Part shown: one piece after another, positions 48,368-59,394 of the stretch | Layout: each line of letters begins with the position of its first letter | How positions within the stretch are numbered: the first letter of the stretch is position 1 | Assembly (NCBI GenBank): GCA_030595185.1 | Contig: JAUVDT010000002.1 | Coordinates: 1 to 61,125, forward strand | DNA: 61,125 nt | Source: Gammaproteobacteria bacterium | GTDB lineage: Bacteria > Pseudomonadota > Gammaproteobacteria > SZUA-229 | Reading direction: 5' to 3' | Made by a program: the position numbers and the translations under genes | The notes under the pieces: generated by a model | Told to the model about the DNA's origin: nothing | Databases searched by the model: none | The model's input: only the letters and a program-made list of their open reading frames with translations

Positions 48368-50728
48368 ATGACAAAAAATAAATCTGGTTTTTTGAGCCGC
48401 CTTGAAAAATCTAAAAAAAGAAAGCCGGGTATGCGTAAGCGCCCAGCTAAAAAAGCACCTAAAAAAACGATTAAAAAACGATCAAAGAAGCGCCAGTCCA
48501 TTCTAAGTTATTGTCTTAATGGTCTCAAATCACCTTATGGCATTTCAATTTCATTACTGCTTTTTGTCATTATATCAGGTTATATATTGTATTTGGATTA
48601 TCAGGTGAGAGAACGATTTGATGGTCGTATTTGGTCTGTGCCATCTAAGCTGTATGCGCGTTCACTTGAATTAACACCTAATATGAAACTTGATCCTGAT
48701 GGTTTTGAACGAGAATTAGGTTTAATGGCTTATGAAAAGGTTAAAGGCTTTCCTCAGCAAGCAGGCCAATATCGTCGTTGGCAGAATTACTTTGAGTTAA
48801 TTAGTCGAGAATTTAAAGACACTGATAAAGTGACTAAATCACAGGGAATGCGTCTAAATTTTAAAGACCAGCAGCTTATCGAAATAGAACATTTATATAA
48901 GCCTGAACCTATTCTTAAAACACGACTTGATCCGGTATTAATTGGCAATATTTTTCCTGGTAATACTGAAGACAGGCAACTGCTGAGATTGTCAGATGTA
49001 CCTGAACGTCTGATTAAAACCTTGGTTGCGGTAGAAGACAGATCTTTTTATAGTCATATTGGTGTTAATCCATTAGCAATAATGCGTGCGTTAATTGTTA
49101 ATATTCGTGCGGGAGAAAAAAGGCAGGGTGGCAGTACGTTAACCCAGCAATTGGTTAAAAATTTATTTTTATCATCACAAAGAAGTTATTGGAGAAAAAT
49201 AAATGAAGCAATAATGTCATTGTTACTCGAATTTCATTATGACAAAAATAGCATATTGGAAGCGTATATAAATGAAGTGTATTTAGGTCAAAATAGAAGT
49301 GCATCAATTCATGGGTTTGAACTGGGTAGTCAATTCTATTTTAATAAAAATTTAAATAAACTCTCTACGGATCAAATTGCACTTTTAATCGGGGTGATAA
49401 AAGGGCCGTCATATTACAATCCTAGAAAAAATAAACAGCGTGCGATTAAACGAAGAAACTTAGTTCTTGATGTGATGCTTGATCAACAAGTGATTAGTAA
49501 ACTGCACCATGAAAAATACATTAAACGACCTTTAACGATCACATCAAGAGTTGTAAGTTCAGGCGTGAAATTCCCTGCGTTTACAGATTTAATTAAACGC
49601 CAATTAAACTCACATTTTACATCTGACGTTTTACGACAAGATGGCTTGCAGATATTTTCGACTTTGGATCCACAGGTACAGTTAGCAGCAGAGCAAGCCG
49701 TAAAAAATACAGTTAAAAACTTACAATATAACAAAGATGTTGAATTACAGGCTGCTGTTATTGTAACGGATGTCGCAACTTCTGAAGTTCTTGCATTAGT
49801 CGGGGATAAAGACTCTTCTTTTCATGGATTTAATCGTGCTTTAGATGCATCAAGACAAATCGGCTCTTTAATTAAACCGGCAATTTATCTAGCGGCACTT
49901 AATAGTGAATATGGTTTTAATTTATCAACTCCATTATCAGATACGCAGCTTAGTCTAAAGTCTCGTAATGGAGATGTCTGGCAACCACAAAATTATGATA
50001 GAAAATATCGCGGCGACGTTATATTTCATGATGCACTGGTTTACTCATACAATGTGCCTAGTGTACGTTTGGGTTTGAAAATAGGGCTGGAAGAAATTGT
50101 TAATACTTTACGTAATCTTGGTTTGGAAAAAGATGTGCCGATCTATCCATCAATGTTGCTTGGTGCTTTTGAGTTGACACCATTTGAAGTAGCGAGCATG
50201 TATCAAACGATTGCGGCAGATGGTCATCAGTTATCATTGCATTCAATTCGTAGTGTGCTTTCTCATGATGGTAAGCCGCTTGTACATTTTGCAGATGAAG
50301 CAAAATATACAATAAAAGAAGATACTATATTTCTACTAAAAACAGCCTTGCATGAAGTTACCCAAAGCGGTACTGCTAAAAAACTGTCATCAATCAATAT
50401 TACAGTTGCTGGCAAAACTGGTACAACCGATAATTTACGGGATAGTTGGTATGCTGGTTTTAGTCAGGATAAATTAGCTGTGGTTTGGATAGGGAATGAT
50501 GATAATTTTGAAACAGGTTTAACAGGTTCGAGTGGAGCATTGAGAGTATGGTCAGATCTTTTTCAGCATATACCGCTCCAAGACCTCATCTTAGATCCAC
50601 CTGATGATATTACTTACCATTGGGTGGATAGAAAATCTGGCTTGTTGGCAGGTTTTGGTTGCCAGAATACTGTAAAATTACCATTTTTGAAGAACCATCG
50701 ACCAGTTGACTATGCTGAATGTGAATAA
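48368..50728 (+). CDS. mrcB: Penicillin-binding protein 1B (bifunctional glycosyltransferase/transpeptidase)
   Basis: Lys-rich cytoplasmic tail, TM, UB2H-like insert. GT51 motifs EDRSFYSHIGV and RQGGSTLTQQ. TPase motifs SLIKP, SYN and KTGTT. Confidence 0.9.
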   Translation: MTKNKSGFLSRLEKSKKRKPGMRKRPAKKAPKKTIKKRSKKRQSILSYCLNGLKSPYGISISLLLFVIISGYILYLDYQVRERFDGRIWSVPSKLYARSLELTPNMKLDPDGFERELGLMAYEKVKGFPQQAGQYRRWQNYFELISREFKDTDKVTKSQGMRLNFKDQQLIEIEHLYKPEPILKTRLDPVLIGNIFPGNTEDRQLLRLSDVPERLIKTLVAVEDRSFYSHIGVNPLAIMRALIVNIRAGEKRQGGSTLTQQLVKNLFLSSQRSYWRKINEAIMSLLLEFHYDKNSILEAYINEVYLGQNRSASIHGFELGSQFYFNKNLNKLSTDQIALLIGVIKGPSYYNPRKNKQRAIKRRNLVLDVMLDQQVISKLHHEKYIKRPLTITSRVVSSGVKFPAFTDLIKRQLNSHFTSDVLRQDGLQIFSTLDPQVQLAAEQAVKNTVKNLQYNKDVELQAAVIVTDVATSEVLALVGDKDSSFHGFNRALDASRQIGSLIKPAIYLAALNSEYGFNLSTPLSDTQLSLKSRNGDVWQPQNYDRKYRGDVIFHDALVYSYNVPSVRLGLKIGLEEIVNTLRNLGLEKDVPIYPSMLLGAFELTPFEVASMYQTIAADGHQLSLHSIRSVLSHDGKPLVHFADEAKYTIKEDTIFLLKTALHEVTQSGTAKKLSSINITVAGKTGTTDNLRDSWYAGFSQDKLAVVWIGNDDNFETGLTGSSGALRVWSDLFQHIPLQDLILDPPDDITYHWVDRKSGLLAGFGCQNTVKLPFLKNHRPVDYAECE

Positions 50729-50752
50729 AAGACCTTTATTGAGAATTGTATC

Positions 50753-52699
50753 GTGACAATCGTAAATAGTTCGAGTTCTGTGAGTGATGCATTAAGTGAA
50801 AATGGTCTTATTAGTCAGGTAATAGACGGTTTTACACCTAGAGAAGGCCAGCAAAAGTTGGCTGAAGCCATTTTTGAAACGATAAGTGAAGAGGCTTATT
50901 TAGTTGCAGAAGCCGGAACCGGTATTGGTAAAACATTTGCCTATTTAGTGCCCGCGCTTATGTCAGGTGTTAAAACGCTGGTTTCCACAGGCACTCGCCA
51001 TCTTCAAGATCAGCTTTTTCACAAAGACTTACCCGTTGTTATTCAAGCATTAGACATACAGGCTGAAGTTGCTTTATTAAAAGGTAGAGCCAATTATCTT
51101 TGTATTCACCGATTATACCATGCAGAGCACATGGAATTCATGACGCGTGAAACACGTATGGAATTGTTTCAGGTAAAAGATTGGGCAGGCAAAACCAGTA
51201 GCGGCGATATTTCAGAACTGGATTCTGTGCCAGAAGATGCTCGAGTCTGGTCAATGGTTACTTCAACAGCCGATAATTGTTTGGGTAGTGATTGCCCTCA
51301 ATATGAAGAATGCCACGTTGTATTAGCAAGAAGAGCCGCTCAGCATGCGGATATTATCGTTGTTAATCATCATCTCTTATTATCCGATATGGCGTTAAAA
51401 GAAGAGGGTTTTGGCGAGCTATTGCCAGAAGTTGAAGCTTTTATTATCGACGAAGCTCACCAGTTACCTGAAATAGCCTCTAACTTTTTTGGGCAATCAG
51501 TCAGTAGTCGACAAATAATGTTGCTTGCTAACGATGTTATTGCAGAGCAAATTGCAGACGCTCCTGATATGGGAGAGTTGAGAGATATCGCACAAGAATT
51601 GATTGAAACAGGCAAGCTGATGCGGCTCGCTTTTGGTGTTGAAACAACACGTGATTCCTGGGCAAAAATAATGTACAAGCCCAGCATAAAGTCAGCGGTT
51701 GATGATTTGTTAGAAAAATTAACCGAATTAACAGACGTTTTAGAGCTGGCAGCTGAGCGAGGCAAAGGTTTAGAAAACTGTTATCAGCGTTGTTTACAAG
51801 TACATCAACGATTAACAAAGTTTTGCAGTAAACAAGATGGCTCAATCGATTGGTACGAAACGTTTAGTCGTAGTTTTATATTGCATCAGACGCCATTAGA
51901 TTTATCGGAAAGATTCCAGCAACAAATGCAGGCGTATAAAGCGGCATGGATTATGACTTCAGCTACCTTGCAAGTGGGTGGTGACTTCGCTCATTTTACT
52001 GAGCGTTTAGGAATGGAAAATTATAAAAATGGAATATGGCACAGTCCCTTCGATTATCAAAACCGTGGTTTGATTTATTTGCCTGAGAATTTACCTGAAC
52101 CTTCAGATGGTCGTTATACCACTCAACTAATGCAAGCAATGTTACCGGTAATTAAAGCCAGTGGTGGTAGAACCTTTTTATTATTTACCAGTTACCGTGC
52201 AATGAATGAAGCCAATGAATTTCTAAGGCAACGATTGGATTATCCTATTTTTGTACAAGGTCAAAAACCAAAACATCAATTATTATCTGCCTTTAAAGAT
52301 GCAGGACAGGGCGTGTTACTCGGTACCAGCAGCTTTTGGGAAGGAGTTGATGTCCGCGGTGACGCATTAACGTGTGTGATGATTGATAAATTACCATTTG
52401 CATCACCTGGCGACCCTGTCTTGCAAGCCAGAATGGATCAGATTCGTAATAGTGGTGGTAATCCATTTATGGATTTTCAATTACCAACGGCTGTCATTAA
52501 TTTAAAGCAGGGCGCTGGGCGTTTAATTCGTGATGTTAAAGATTATGGCGTATTGGTTATTGGTGATCCACGAATTATGTCTAAACGTTATGGTAAAACC
52601 TTCATAAAAAGCTTACCTGATATGAAAGTGACTCAATCAATACAAGCTGTTGAAGGTTTTTATAAAACAATTCGTCAACAAGACGAGGTGTGTTCGTGA
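50753..52699 (+). CDS. yoaA: DinG-family ATP-dependent DNA helicase (YoaA-like)
   Basis: Walker A AEAGTGIGKT, DEAH box (IIDEAHQL), Fe-S cysteines (CLGSDCPQYEEC). Adjacent to tsaB, as E. coli yoaA is to yeaZ. GTG start. Confidence 0.85.
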   Translation: MTIVNSSSSVSDALSENGLISQVIDGFTPREGQQKLAEAIFETISEEAYLVAEAGTGIGKTFAYLVPALMSGVKTLVSTGTRHLQDQLFHKDLPVVIQALDIQAEVALLKGRANYLCIHRLYHAEHMEFMTRETRMELFQVKDWAGKTSSGDISELDSVPEDARVWSMVTSTADNCLGSDCPQYEECHVVLARRAAQHADIIVVNHHLLLSDMALKEEGFGELLPEVEAFIIDEAHQLPEIASNFFGQSVSSRQIMLLANDVIAEQIADAPDMGELRDIAQELIETGKLMRLAFGVETTRDSWAKIMYKPSIKSAVDDLLEKLTELTDVLELAAERGKGLENCYQRCLQVHQRLTKFCSKQDGSIDWYETFSRSFILHQTPLDLSERFQQQMQAYKAAWIMTSATLQVGGDFAHFTERLGMENYKNGIWHSPFDYQNRGLIYLPENLPEPSDGRYTTQLMQAMLPVIKASGGRTFLLFTSYRAMNEANEFLRQRLDYPIFVQGQKPKHQLLSAFKDAGQGVLLGTSSFWEGVDVRGDALTCVMIDKLPFASPGDPVLQARMDQIRNSGGNPFMDFQLPTAVINLKQGAGRLIRDVKDYGVLVIGDPRIMSKRYGKTFIKSLPDMKVTQSIQAVEGFYKTIRQQDEVCS

Positions 52700-53379
52700 A
52701 AATATTAGCAATCGATACTGCAACGGAAGCGTGTTCAGCTGCTTTGTATGTTGATGGTGAGATTACCTCGGAATATAAATTAGCTCCGCGAGAACATACG
52801 CAATTAATTTTACCAATGGTTGATCGTTTGTTAACTGATGCGGGGCTAGTCGTAAATCAACTGGATGCCTTATCTTTTGCTCGTGGTCCGGGTGCTTTTA
52901 CTGGCGTGCGTATCGCGGCTGGCATAATACAAGGCTTATCTTATGCTGCTGAAATCCCTGTGCTTCCAGTATCTACTTTAGCCGCAATTGCTGCTGGTGT
53001 TTATTATCAGCATGGGCATAAAGATGTATTAAGCGCAATAGATGCAAGGATGGGGGAGGTTTATTGGGGGGCTTACCATGTCGAAGAAGACTCAATTGTT
53101 TTGGTTGATAACGAACTGGTTTGTTCAGTTGACAACTTGCCTGATCAAGCATTAAAAAGCTGGGTAGGCGCAGGTACCGGGTGGTCTGAATATTCTGAAT
53201 CATTAAAATCCAGATTCAATTTAGATAATGATTCAATTTATGAAAACTATCTTCCATCTGCTGAAACTATTGTGAAGCTGGCCGTACAAGATTTTAAATT
53301 AAACAAACAAATGTCTGCACATCAAGCACAACCTGTTTATTTGCGTGATAATGTCGCTAAGAAAAAAGCGAATCAGTAA
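52696..53379 (+). CDS. tsaB: tRNA t6A biosynthesis protein TsaB
   Basis: KILAIDTATEACS and GPGAFTGVRI motifs. GTG 52696 is preferred to GTG 52690: the GAGG lies 7 nt upstream and the start overlaps the yoaA stop. Confidence 0.9.
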   Translation: MKILAIDTATEACSAALYVDGEITSEYKLAPREHTQLILPMVDRLLTDAGLVVNQLDALSFARGPGAFTGVRIAAGIIQGLSYAAEIPVLPVSTLAAIAAGVYYQHGHKDVLSAIDARMGEVYWGAYHVEEDSIVLVDNELVCSVDNLPDQALKSWVGAGTGWSEYSESLKSRFNLDNDSIYENYLPSAETIVKLAVQDFKLNKQMSAHQAQPVYLRDNVAKKKANQ

Positions 53380-53414
53380 TTGATGTCCTGTCTGACACTT
53401 TACGTAGTATTGAA

Positions 53415-53909
53415 ATGATTAAAAAAGATCATTATTTCTGGCTTGATTATAAAAACCTTGATCGATTGAGTGATGGAAATACGGCTAAAGCAATTGCTCG
53501 GTTGTCAAAAGTTTCAGAATTTGATTCAATAAAGTCTCGACTCTATATAGAAGGCTCAAATCCTTTTATTCTCTCCAAATACACTGATGCCGGTTTTAAT
53601 ACTATTTTTGGTATTCATCCCTCATATGAAAAAAATATACTATCGTCAGTTGCTCTTAATATTTTTAAAATGGCCTATTATTTTAATAACATAACCGCAT
53701 TTGCGATGAATTATGGTCTTGTTGAGAACCCAATTTATGGAAGCAAGGCGCAAAAAACCTTAAAAGGAATTCCTATTTTCTTATTTCATGTTCCAGATGA
53801 TGAAGAGCTCATAAAGTCTCTTATGAACAAAACAGAGATAAGGGCATTGCTTGCAGGTAGAGATTTGAGTTTAAATAAAGCCGATTTGAATGCATGCGGG
53901 AATAAATAG
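53415..53909 (+). CDS. Hypothetical protein (no family recognised)
   Basis: 164-aa ORF filling the tsaB-prfB gap on the same strand as its neighbours. No motif that I can name. Confidence 0.45.
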   Translation: MIKKDHYFWLDYKNLDRLSDGNTAKAIARLSKVSEFDSIKSRLYIEGSNPFILSKYTDAGFNTIFGIHPSYEKNILSSVALNIFKMAYYFNNITAFAMNYGLVENPIYGSKAQKTLKGIPIFLFHVPDDEELIKSLMNKTEIRALLAGRDLSLNKADLNACGNK

Positions 53910-54010
53910 CGGATTAAAGTTGATGTGGTAGGGCTTTGGCGGAGGACGTAATCCCCTGAATAGAGTATGATATCGCGTTATTTCATCGTCATCTTAAAAC
54001 TAAGAGTAAT

Positions 54011-55109
54011 ATGTTAGAGATTAACCTGTTTTCCCTCCACATTACCGACCTCAAGCAGCGTTCCGAAGCGTTGAGGGGGTATCTTTGACTTCGAAACGAA
54101 ACAAGAACGTTTAGAGGAAGTATTACGTGAGCTTGAGCAGCCAGATATCTGGAATGATCAAGAAGCAGCGCAAGCCTTAGGTCAAGAAAGGACTCAATTA
54201 GAAACAATCGTCAATACCTTAAATATATTGTTTAATGGTTTAGATGATGCTCAAGAGCTGCTGCAAATGGGAGCTGAAGAGGATGACCAAGATACAGTAG
54301 ATTCAGTTATTGTTGATATTGATAACTTTGAAGCACAAGTTGCTAAACTAGAATTCAGACGTATGTTTTCTGGTGAAATGGATCAAAATAATGCCTTCTT
54401 AGATATTCAATCGGGTTCTGGCGGTACTGAGGCGCAGGACTGGGCTGAAATGATTCTGCGTATGTATTTACGCTGGGGTGAGGCGCATGGTTTCAAAACT
54501 GAGTTGATGGAAGCCTCTTCTGGTGATGTTGCTGGTATTAAAAGTGCGACGATTCGCTTTGAAGGTGAATATGCATATGGTTGGCTAAGGACGGAAACAG
54601 GTGTTCATCGATTAGTCCGAAAATCACCATTTGATTCAAGCAATAGAAGGCATACCTCATTTTCCTCTGTTTTTGTTTCACCTGAAGTTGATGATAATGT
54701 AGATATCGATATCAACCCTGCTGACCTGCGTATTGATGTCTATCGAGCCAGTGGAGCAGGTGGTCAGCACGTTAATAGAACGGAATCTGCTGTACGTATT
54801 ACGCATAAGCCAACCAATGCTGTAGTACAGTGTCAAAATGATCGTTCACAACATAAAAATAAAGCCGCCGCGATGAAACAATTAAAAGCGAAACTTTATG
54901 AGCTTGAAATGCAAAAGCGCATGGGTGAGCAGCAAGAATTAGAAGCGACTAAGTCTGACATCGGTTGGGGTAGTCAAATTCGTTCTTATGTTTTAGATCA
55001 ATCACGAATAAAAGATTTAAGAACCAATGTTGAGACAGGTAATACGCAAGCTGTTTTAGATGGTGGTTTGGATATGTTTATTGAAGCCAGCCTGAAAAGT
55101 GGACTGTAA
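54011..55109 (+). CDS. prfB: Peptide chain release factor 2, requires programmed +1 frameshift at 54086
   Basis: Frame 0 gives [25 protein letters not shown], then TGA (54086-88). Frame +1 continues [12 protein letters not shown]... into the listed ORF, with SPF (RKSPFDS) and GGQ (SGAGGQHVN). The spliced length is 365 aa. Confidence 0.95.
54071..54089 (+). promoter_or_regulatory. prfB +1 frameshift cassette (internal SD-like AGGGGG, slippery CTT, in-frame TGA followed by C)
   Basis: Sequence ttgAGGGGGtatCTTTGAC is essentially identical to the E. coli prfB recoding site. Confidence 0.9.
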
Positions 55110-55171
55110 AAGCGGCCTGTAAAAGTAGTTTGTAACGTACAAAATAATTTAGGTTAATAGTAAAAAATAAA

Positions 55172-56713
55172 ATGACTCAAGATAATACAACAAAAAACAC
55201 CGCGAATAATGATGCCAATGTCACAGAAACTGTTGATGAAAATAAACTGATTCAGCAACGTCGTGAAAAATTGAACTCTTTACGTGAAAAAGGTGTGCCT
55301 TTTCCAAATGACTTTCGTCGCGATGTAATGAATGAAGACTTACATCTGCAATACGGTGATAAAGAAAAAGAAGAGCTTGAATCATTAGGTCAACGTGTTG
55401 CAGTTGCAGGTCGTTTAATGGCAAAACGTATTATGGGTAAAGCCAGCTTTGCTCAAGTACAAGATATGTCGGGTCGCATTCAGTTATTTGTTCAGCGTGA
55501 CTTATTGCCAGAAAATTTTTATAACGAAGAATTTAAGAAATGGGACATTGGCGACATTATTGGTGCAGAAGGTATTTTGTTTAAAACAAAAACAGGTGAA
55601 CTTTCTGTTAAAGTTGATGACATTAAATTATTAACGAAATCATTGCGCCCATTACCAGAAAAATGGCATGGTCTAACGGATTTAGAAACACGTTATCGTC
55701 AGCGTTATGTCGATTTGATAATGAATGAAGAGACTAGAAAGACATTTAAGCTTCGTTCAAAAATAATTACCTATATCAGAAACTTTTTTGATAGCCAGGA
55801 TTATATGGAAGTTGAAACACCAATGATGCATGTGATACCCGGTGGTGCAACAGCGCGACCTTTTAATACGCATCATAATGCTTTAGGTATGCCATTGTTT
55901 TTACGAATTGCACCTGAACTTTACTTAAAACGTTTAGTGGTTGGCGGTTTCGAACGCGTTTATGAAATCAATCGTAATTTCCGTAATGAAGGTTTATCGA
56001 CTCGTCATAACCCTGAATTCACAATGGTTGAGTTTTATCAGGCCTATGCAGATTATAATGACTTAATGGATATAACTGAAAAGTTGTTACATGGTCTTGC
56101 AAAAGATGTGGTGGGTAAGGCTGAAATTGAATATCAAGGTGATGTCTATGACTTTGGTAAAAAGTTTGACCGTATGACAATTATTGAATCTATTTTACAT
56201 TTCAATCCAGATATTACTGTAGAACAATTGAATGACCTTGATTCGGCGCGTGCAATTGCTGAGAAGCTAGAGATTCCTTTAAAAGATATTTACGGTTTAG
56301 GTAAGGTTCAAATTGAAATTTTTGAGAAAACTGTTGAACATCGTTTGATGCAACCAACGTTTATTACGGAGTATCCAGCTGAGGTTTCTCCATTGGCTCG
56401 ACGTAATGATAATAATCATTTTGTGACTGATCGTTTTGAGTTCTTTGTTGGTGGGCGTGAAATTGCAAATGGTTTTTCAGAGTTAAATGATGCTGAAGAT
56501 CAAGTTGTTCGTTTTAAAGCACAAGTGGCTGAAAAGGAAGCGGGTGATGATGAGGCTATGCACTTTGATGAAGACTATATCCGTGCATTGGAACATGGTT
56601 TGCCACCAACAGCTGGAGAAGGTATCGGTATAGATCGTTTGGTAATGTTACTAACAGATTCTCCATCTATTCGTGATGTTATTTTATTCCCGCATATGAG
56701 ACCTGAAGCTTAA
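55172..56713 (+). CDS. lysS: Lysine--tRNA ligase (class II)
   Basis: OB-fold N-domain and class II motifs ([28 protein letters not shown]). prfB-lysS order as in E. coli. Confidence 0.97.
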   Translation: MTQDNTTKNTANNDANVTETVDENKLIQQRREKLNSLREKGVPFPNDFRRDVMNEDLHLQYGDKEKEELESLGQRVAVAGRLMAKRIMGKASFAQVQDMSGRIQLFVQRDLLPENFYNEEFKKWDIGDIIGAEGILFKTKTGELSVKVDDIKLLTKSLRPLPEKWHGLTDLETRYRQRYVDLIMNEETRKTFKLRSKIITYIRNFFDSQDYMEVETPMMHVIPGGATARPFNTHHNALGMPLFLRIAPELYLKRLVVGGFERVYEINRNFRNEGLSTRHNPEFTMVEFYQAYADYNDLMDITEKLLHGLAKDVVGKAEIEYQGDVYDFGKKFDRMTIIESILHFNPDITVEQLNDLDSARAIAEKLEIPLKDIYGLGKVQIEIFEKTVEHRLMQPTFITEYPAEVSPLARRNDNNHFVTDRFEFFVGGREIANGFSELNDAEDQVVRFKAQVAEKEAGDDEAMHFDEDYIRALEHGLPPTAGEGIGIDRLVMLLTDSPSIRDVILFPHMRPEA

Positions 56714-56741
56714 GTTCTTTAGTTCAGCAATACGTGGTAAT

Positions 56742-56773
56742 AAAAAAAGGGGATCATAAAATCCCCTTTTTTT
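56742..56773. terminator. Bidirectional intrinsic terminator between lysS and the HDOD gene
   Basis: AAAAAAA-GGGGAT-cataaa-ATCCCC-TTTTTTT: a GC stem flanked by an A-tract and a T-tract. Confidence 0.85.
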
Positions 56774-56789
56774 ATTTTAAAATGCTGTT

Positions 56790-57641
56790 TTAAACCATAA
56801 GTGCTGATTTTGTTTCTTCAATCATTGCCTGATTTTCTTCAATATCAACAGCATTAACTTCAGTGTCCATTCCCAGTTTTTCAAATGCCTGTATCGATGA
56901 CCAGTCATCTGCACCCGGTAAGTTTTCAGCAAAACCGCCTTGTAATAAAGCCACCTGAATGATGTCCGTAAGGTCTGCATTACCATCATGCTGACGATCA
57001 AATTGATGACAAAGCGTTACCGCATCTATTAATTCTGGTCCAAACTTCCATGACTCTAAAATTAGTTTACCGACACGACCACTAATGCTTTGAATAACTT
57101 CTGTTAGCGCTGCATCATTGTTGAATAAGTCATCATCTTCTTCTGCAATAACTAAGATTGGCAATGCACCAATATTATGGATAAGTCCTGCAAGTAATGC
57201 CTGTTCAGTAGAAACCGATGTCATTGAAGCAAGCATTCTTGAAATCGCAGCCACTTCAACACTGGTAGTCCATGCTTCTCGAAAATGTTTATCGAGTACA
57301 TCAGATGTTGCCTGGTACATTTGTTTCATCGCCAGACGAACAACCAAATCTTTGACTATTTTGATACCAAGACGAGTAACGGCCATCTTTATATCTTCAA
57401 TGGCATTGTTACCACGGTATAAAGGGCTGTTAGCGACTTGAATAAGGCGAGTTGTTAATGATGCATCCTGAGATAGAATATCGGCTATGCTGTTTGCTGA
57501 ACTGTTTACATCTTCTGCAGCATCTCTTACTTTAATGGCTACTTCTGGAAGTGTGGGCAGAATGATCTGATCACTGGAAATTGCTTCTTCTAGTAGTTTA
57601 AAGACTTCTTCCGCTTTAGCACTCATTATAATAAACCCCAA
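56790..57641 (-). CDS. HDOD domain-containing signalling protein
   Basis: LPTLPEVAIKVRDA...ADILSQDASLTTRLIQVANSPLY is typical of HDOD. A degenerate HD-related fold follows. Confidence 0.85.
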   Translation of the reverse strand: MGFIIMSAKAEEVFKLLEEAISSDQIILPTLPEVAIKVRDAAEDVNSSANSIADILSQDASLTTRLIQVANSPLYRGNNAIEDIKMAVTRLGIKIVKDLVVRLAMKQMYQATSDVLDKHFREAWTTSVEVAAISRMLASMTSVSTEQALLAGLIHNIGALPILVIAEEDDDLFNNDAALTEVIQSISGRVGKLILESWKFGPELIDAVTLCHQFDRQHDGNADLTDIIQVALLQGGFAENLPGADDWSSIQAFEKLGMDTEVNAVDIEENQAMIEETKSALMV

Positions 57642-57749
57642 ATCAATTACTGTTATTTGTTTTAAAGTATAGACGGCAATATTAAAATTGCAGATCTATA
57701 TTTATTATATAAATTAGTAAGTTATGAGATGTTATGAAATTGTAAAGTA

Positions 57750-58805
57750 TTACTCTTTTTCTGCAGGGAATTCATAGGGAATCTCTAATACTTTAATAGC
57801 TGCTCCATTGCTGTCATTAAGCCTTAGGGTATCACTTGTCGATTGATTAATTTGAAGAACGGCTAGCGCTTCAGTGCCTTTCTCAGATGATGAAATGGCA
57901 GACAAGACAATATTACCGGTCCCTTGTCCTGAGGTTGAGTCAGGGCTAAATAGTGGAGTGCCCGCGATTATTGGATCAGTTGAGTCGATATGGATTCTAT
58001 ACATTCTACGCTTTAGCTTACCCAGGTAATGCATTCGGGCAACGATTTCTTGTCCTGTGTAACAACCTTTTTTAAAGCTCACGCCATTAATTAATTCAAA
58101 GTTAATCATCTGAGGCACAAAAGCTTCTACGGTTGGCAAATAAACAGTGGGTATACCGGCACGAATCTCGAGCAGGTTCCAAACATCCTTACCAACAGGT
58201 GCTGCATTAACATCTAAATTTTGCCAAAGTTTGATGACCTGTTCTACAGGCCCGGTAATTTGGTATCTGGGTTGATTGCCAGTTAATTTAATAATGCTTA
58301 AATCTTTTTCGTGCGTCACTTGATCAATTTCTGTAGGGACTGATGCTAATTGTTTTTCTAGTTCAGTATCTGCATTGGGCCCGCTAAAACCTATGCTGAC
58401 ATAATCTGCGGAGCAGTTATTAAATTCAACCTTGCTTCGCATAACGTACATTTTAAGACGTTTAAAGGTGTCTTCATAAAGCTCATTAGGAATTAAAAGA
58501 TATAAGTCGTCTTGTTTTTTGTAGAGTCTGAAAGTCGCTAGCAATCGGCCTTTTTGATTACAGTATCCACTTAATTGGCTGGTATTGTCTGTAACCTGCT
58601 CAATATCGTTGGTTAGCTGGCCTTGAAGGAAAGTAATGGCATCATCACCATTTACTTTTACGATACTAAAGTGGCTAAGGTCGGCCATTACTAAACCATT
58701 ATCACTGGCCTTCCTTTCTAACTCGGGGTTACCGAAGTGGATGAGTTCATTGCCTGAAAATTCGGCACCCATAGTCTTAAGAAAATCTATCCACTTTGTA
58801 TTCAC
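57750..58805 (-). CDS. ygfZ: Folate-binding tRNA-modifying protein YgfZ
   Basis: Signature KGCYTGQEIVAR, 351 aa. Confidence 0.9.
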   Translation of the reverse strand: MNTKWIDFLKTMGAEFSGNELIHFGNPELERKASDNGLVMADLSHFSIVKVNGDDAITFLQGQLTNDIEQVTDNTSQLSGYCNQKGRLLATFRLYKKQDDLYLLIPNELYEDTFKRLKMYVMRSKVEFNNCSADYVSIGFSGPNADTELEKQLASVPTEIDQVTHEKDLSIIKLTGNQPRYQITGPVEQVIKLWQNLDVNAAPVGKDVWNLLEIRAGIPTVYLPTVEAFVPQMINFELINGVSFKKGCYTGQEIVARMHYLGKLKRRMYRIHIDSTDPIIAGTPLFSPDSTSGQGTGNIVLSAISSSEKGTEALAVLQINQSTSDTLRLNDSNGAAIKVLEIPYEFPAEKE

Positions 58806-59013
58806 GGTTGCTCCGGGGTATAGGTTAATAGTGCTGTTGGATCATAATAAATTTACAATCTTCAGTCATCATACTGTTTATATGGGTATATTAGAGTATA
58901 TTCAATCAGACTTGTAAAAAAATCGACTATTAACTATAACTAGTTATGTTATCTGGTAAAAGATAGCCTGCTGAGGATGCTACAAGAAAACAATAATAAG
59001 GAGCTTATAAGCA

Positions 59014-59394
59014 ATGTCATACGATGCTCGGCCTAAATATTTAAATCTACTTAAAATCAAATTACCCGTCGCGGGAATGATCTCTATTTTTCATAGACTA
59101 ACAGGCGTTCTGTTATTCTTAGCTATTCCAGTTAGTCTCTATTTGCTACGTCTTTCTATTACTGATGGGGAGTCATTTCAAAAAGCTGTCTCTTTGATGT
59201 TATATCCCATTACTCGTTTTTTTGTATTGCTTATTATTTGGTCATTTGTTCATCATTTGATTACAGGTGTGAGGTTCTTATTGATTGATATGGAGTTCTT
59301 TCTTGATAGAAAAGCGTCTAGAGTTTCTGCCTGGGGCGTGGTGGTTATTGAAGCAATAGTAATGGCAATCATTATTAAAGGATTATTCTTATGA
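59014..59394 (+). CDS. sdhC: Succinate dehydrogenase cytochrome b556 subunit
   Basis: 126 aa, three TM helices, SIFHRLTGV heme/quinone region. Followed by sdhD and sdhA. Confidence 0.88.
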   Translation: MSYDARPKYLNLLKIKLPVAGMISIFHRLTGVLLFLAIPVSLYLLRLSITDGESFQKAVSLMLYPITRFFVLLIIWSFVHHLITGVRFLLIDMEFFLDRKASRVSAWGVVVIEAIVMAIIIKGLFL

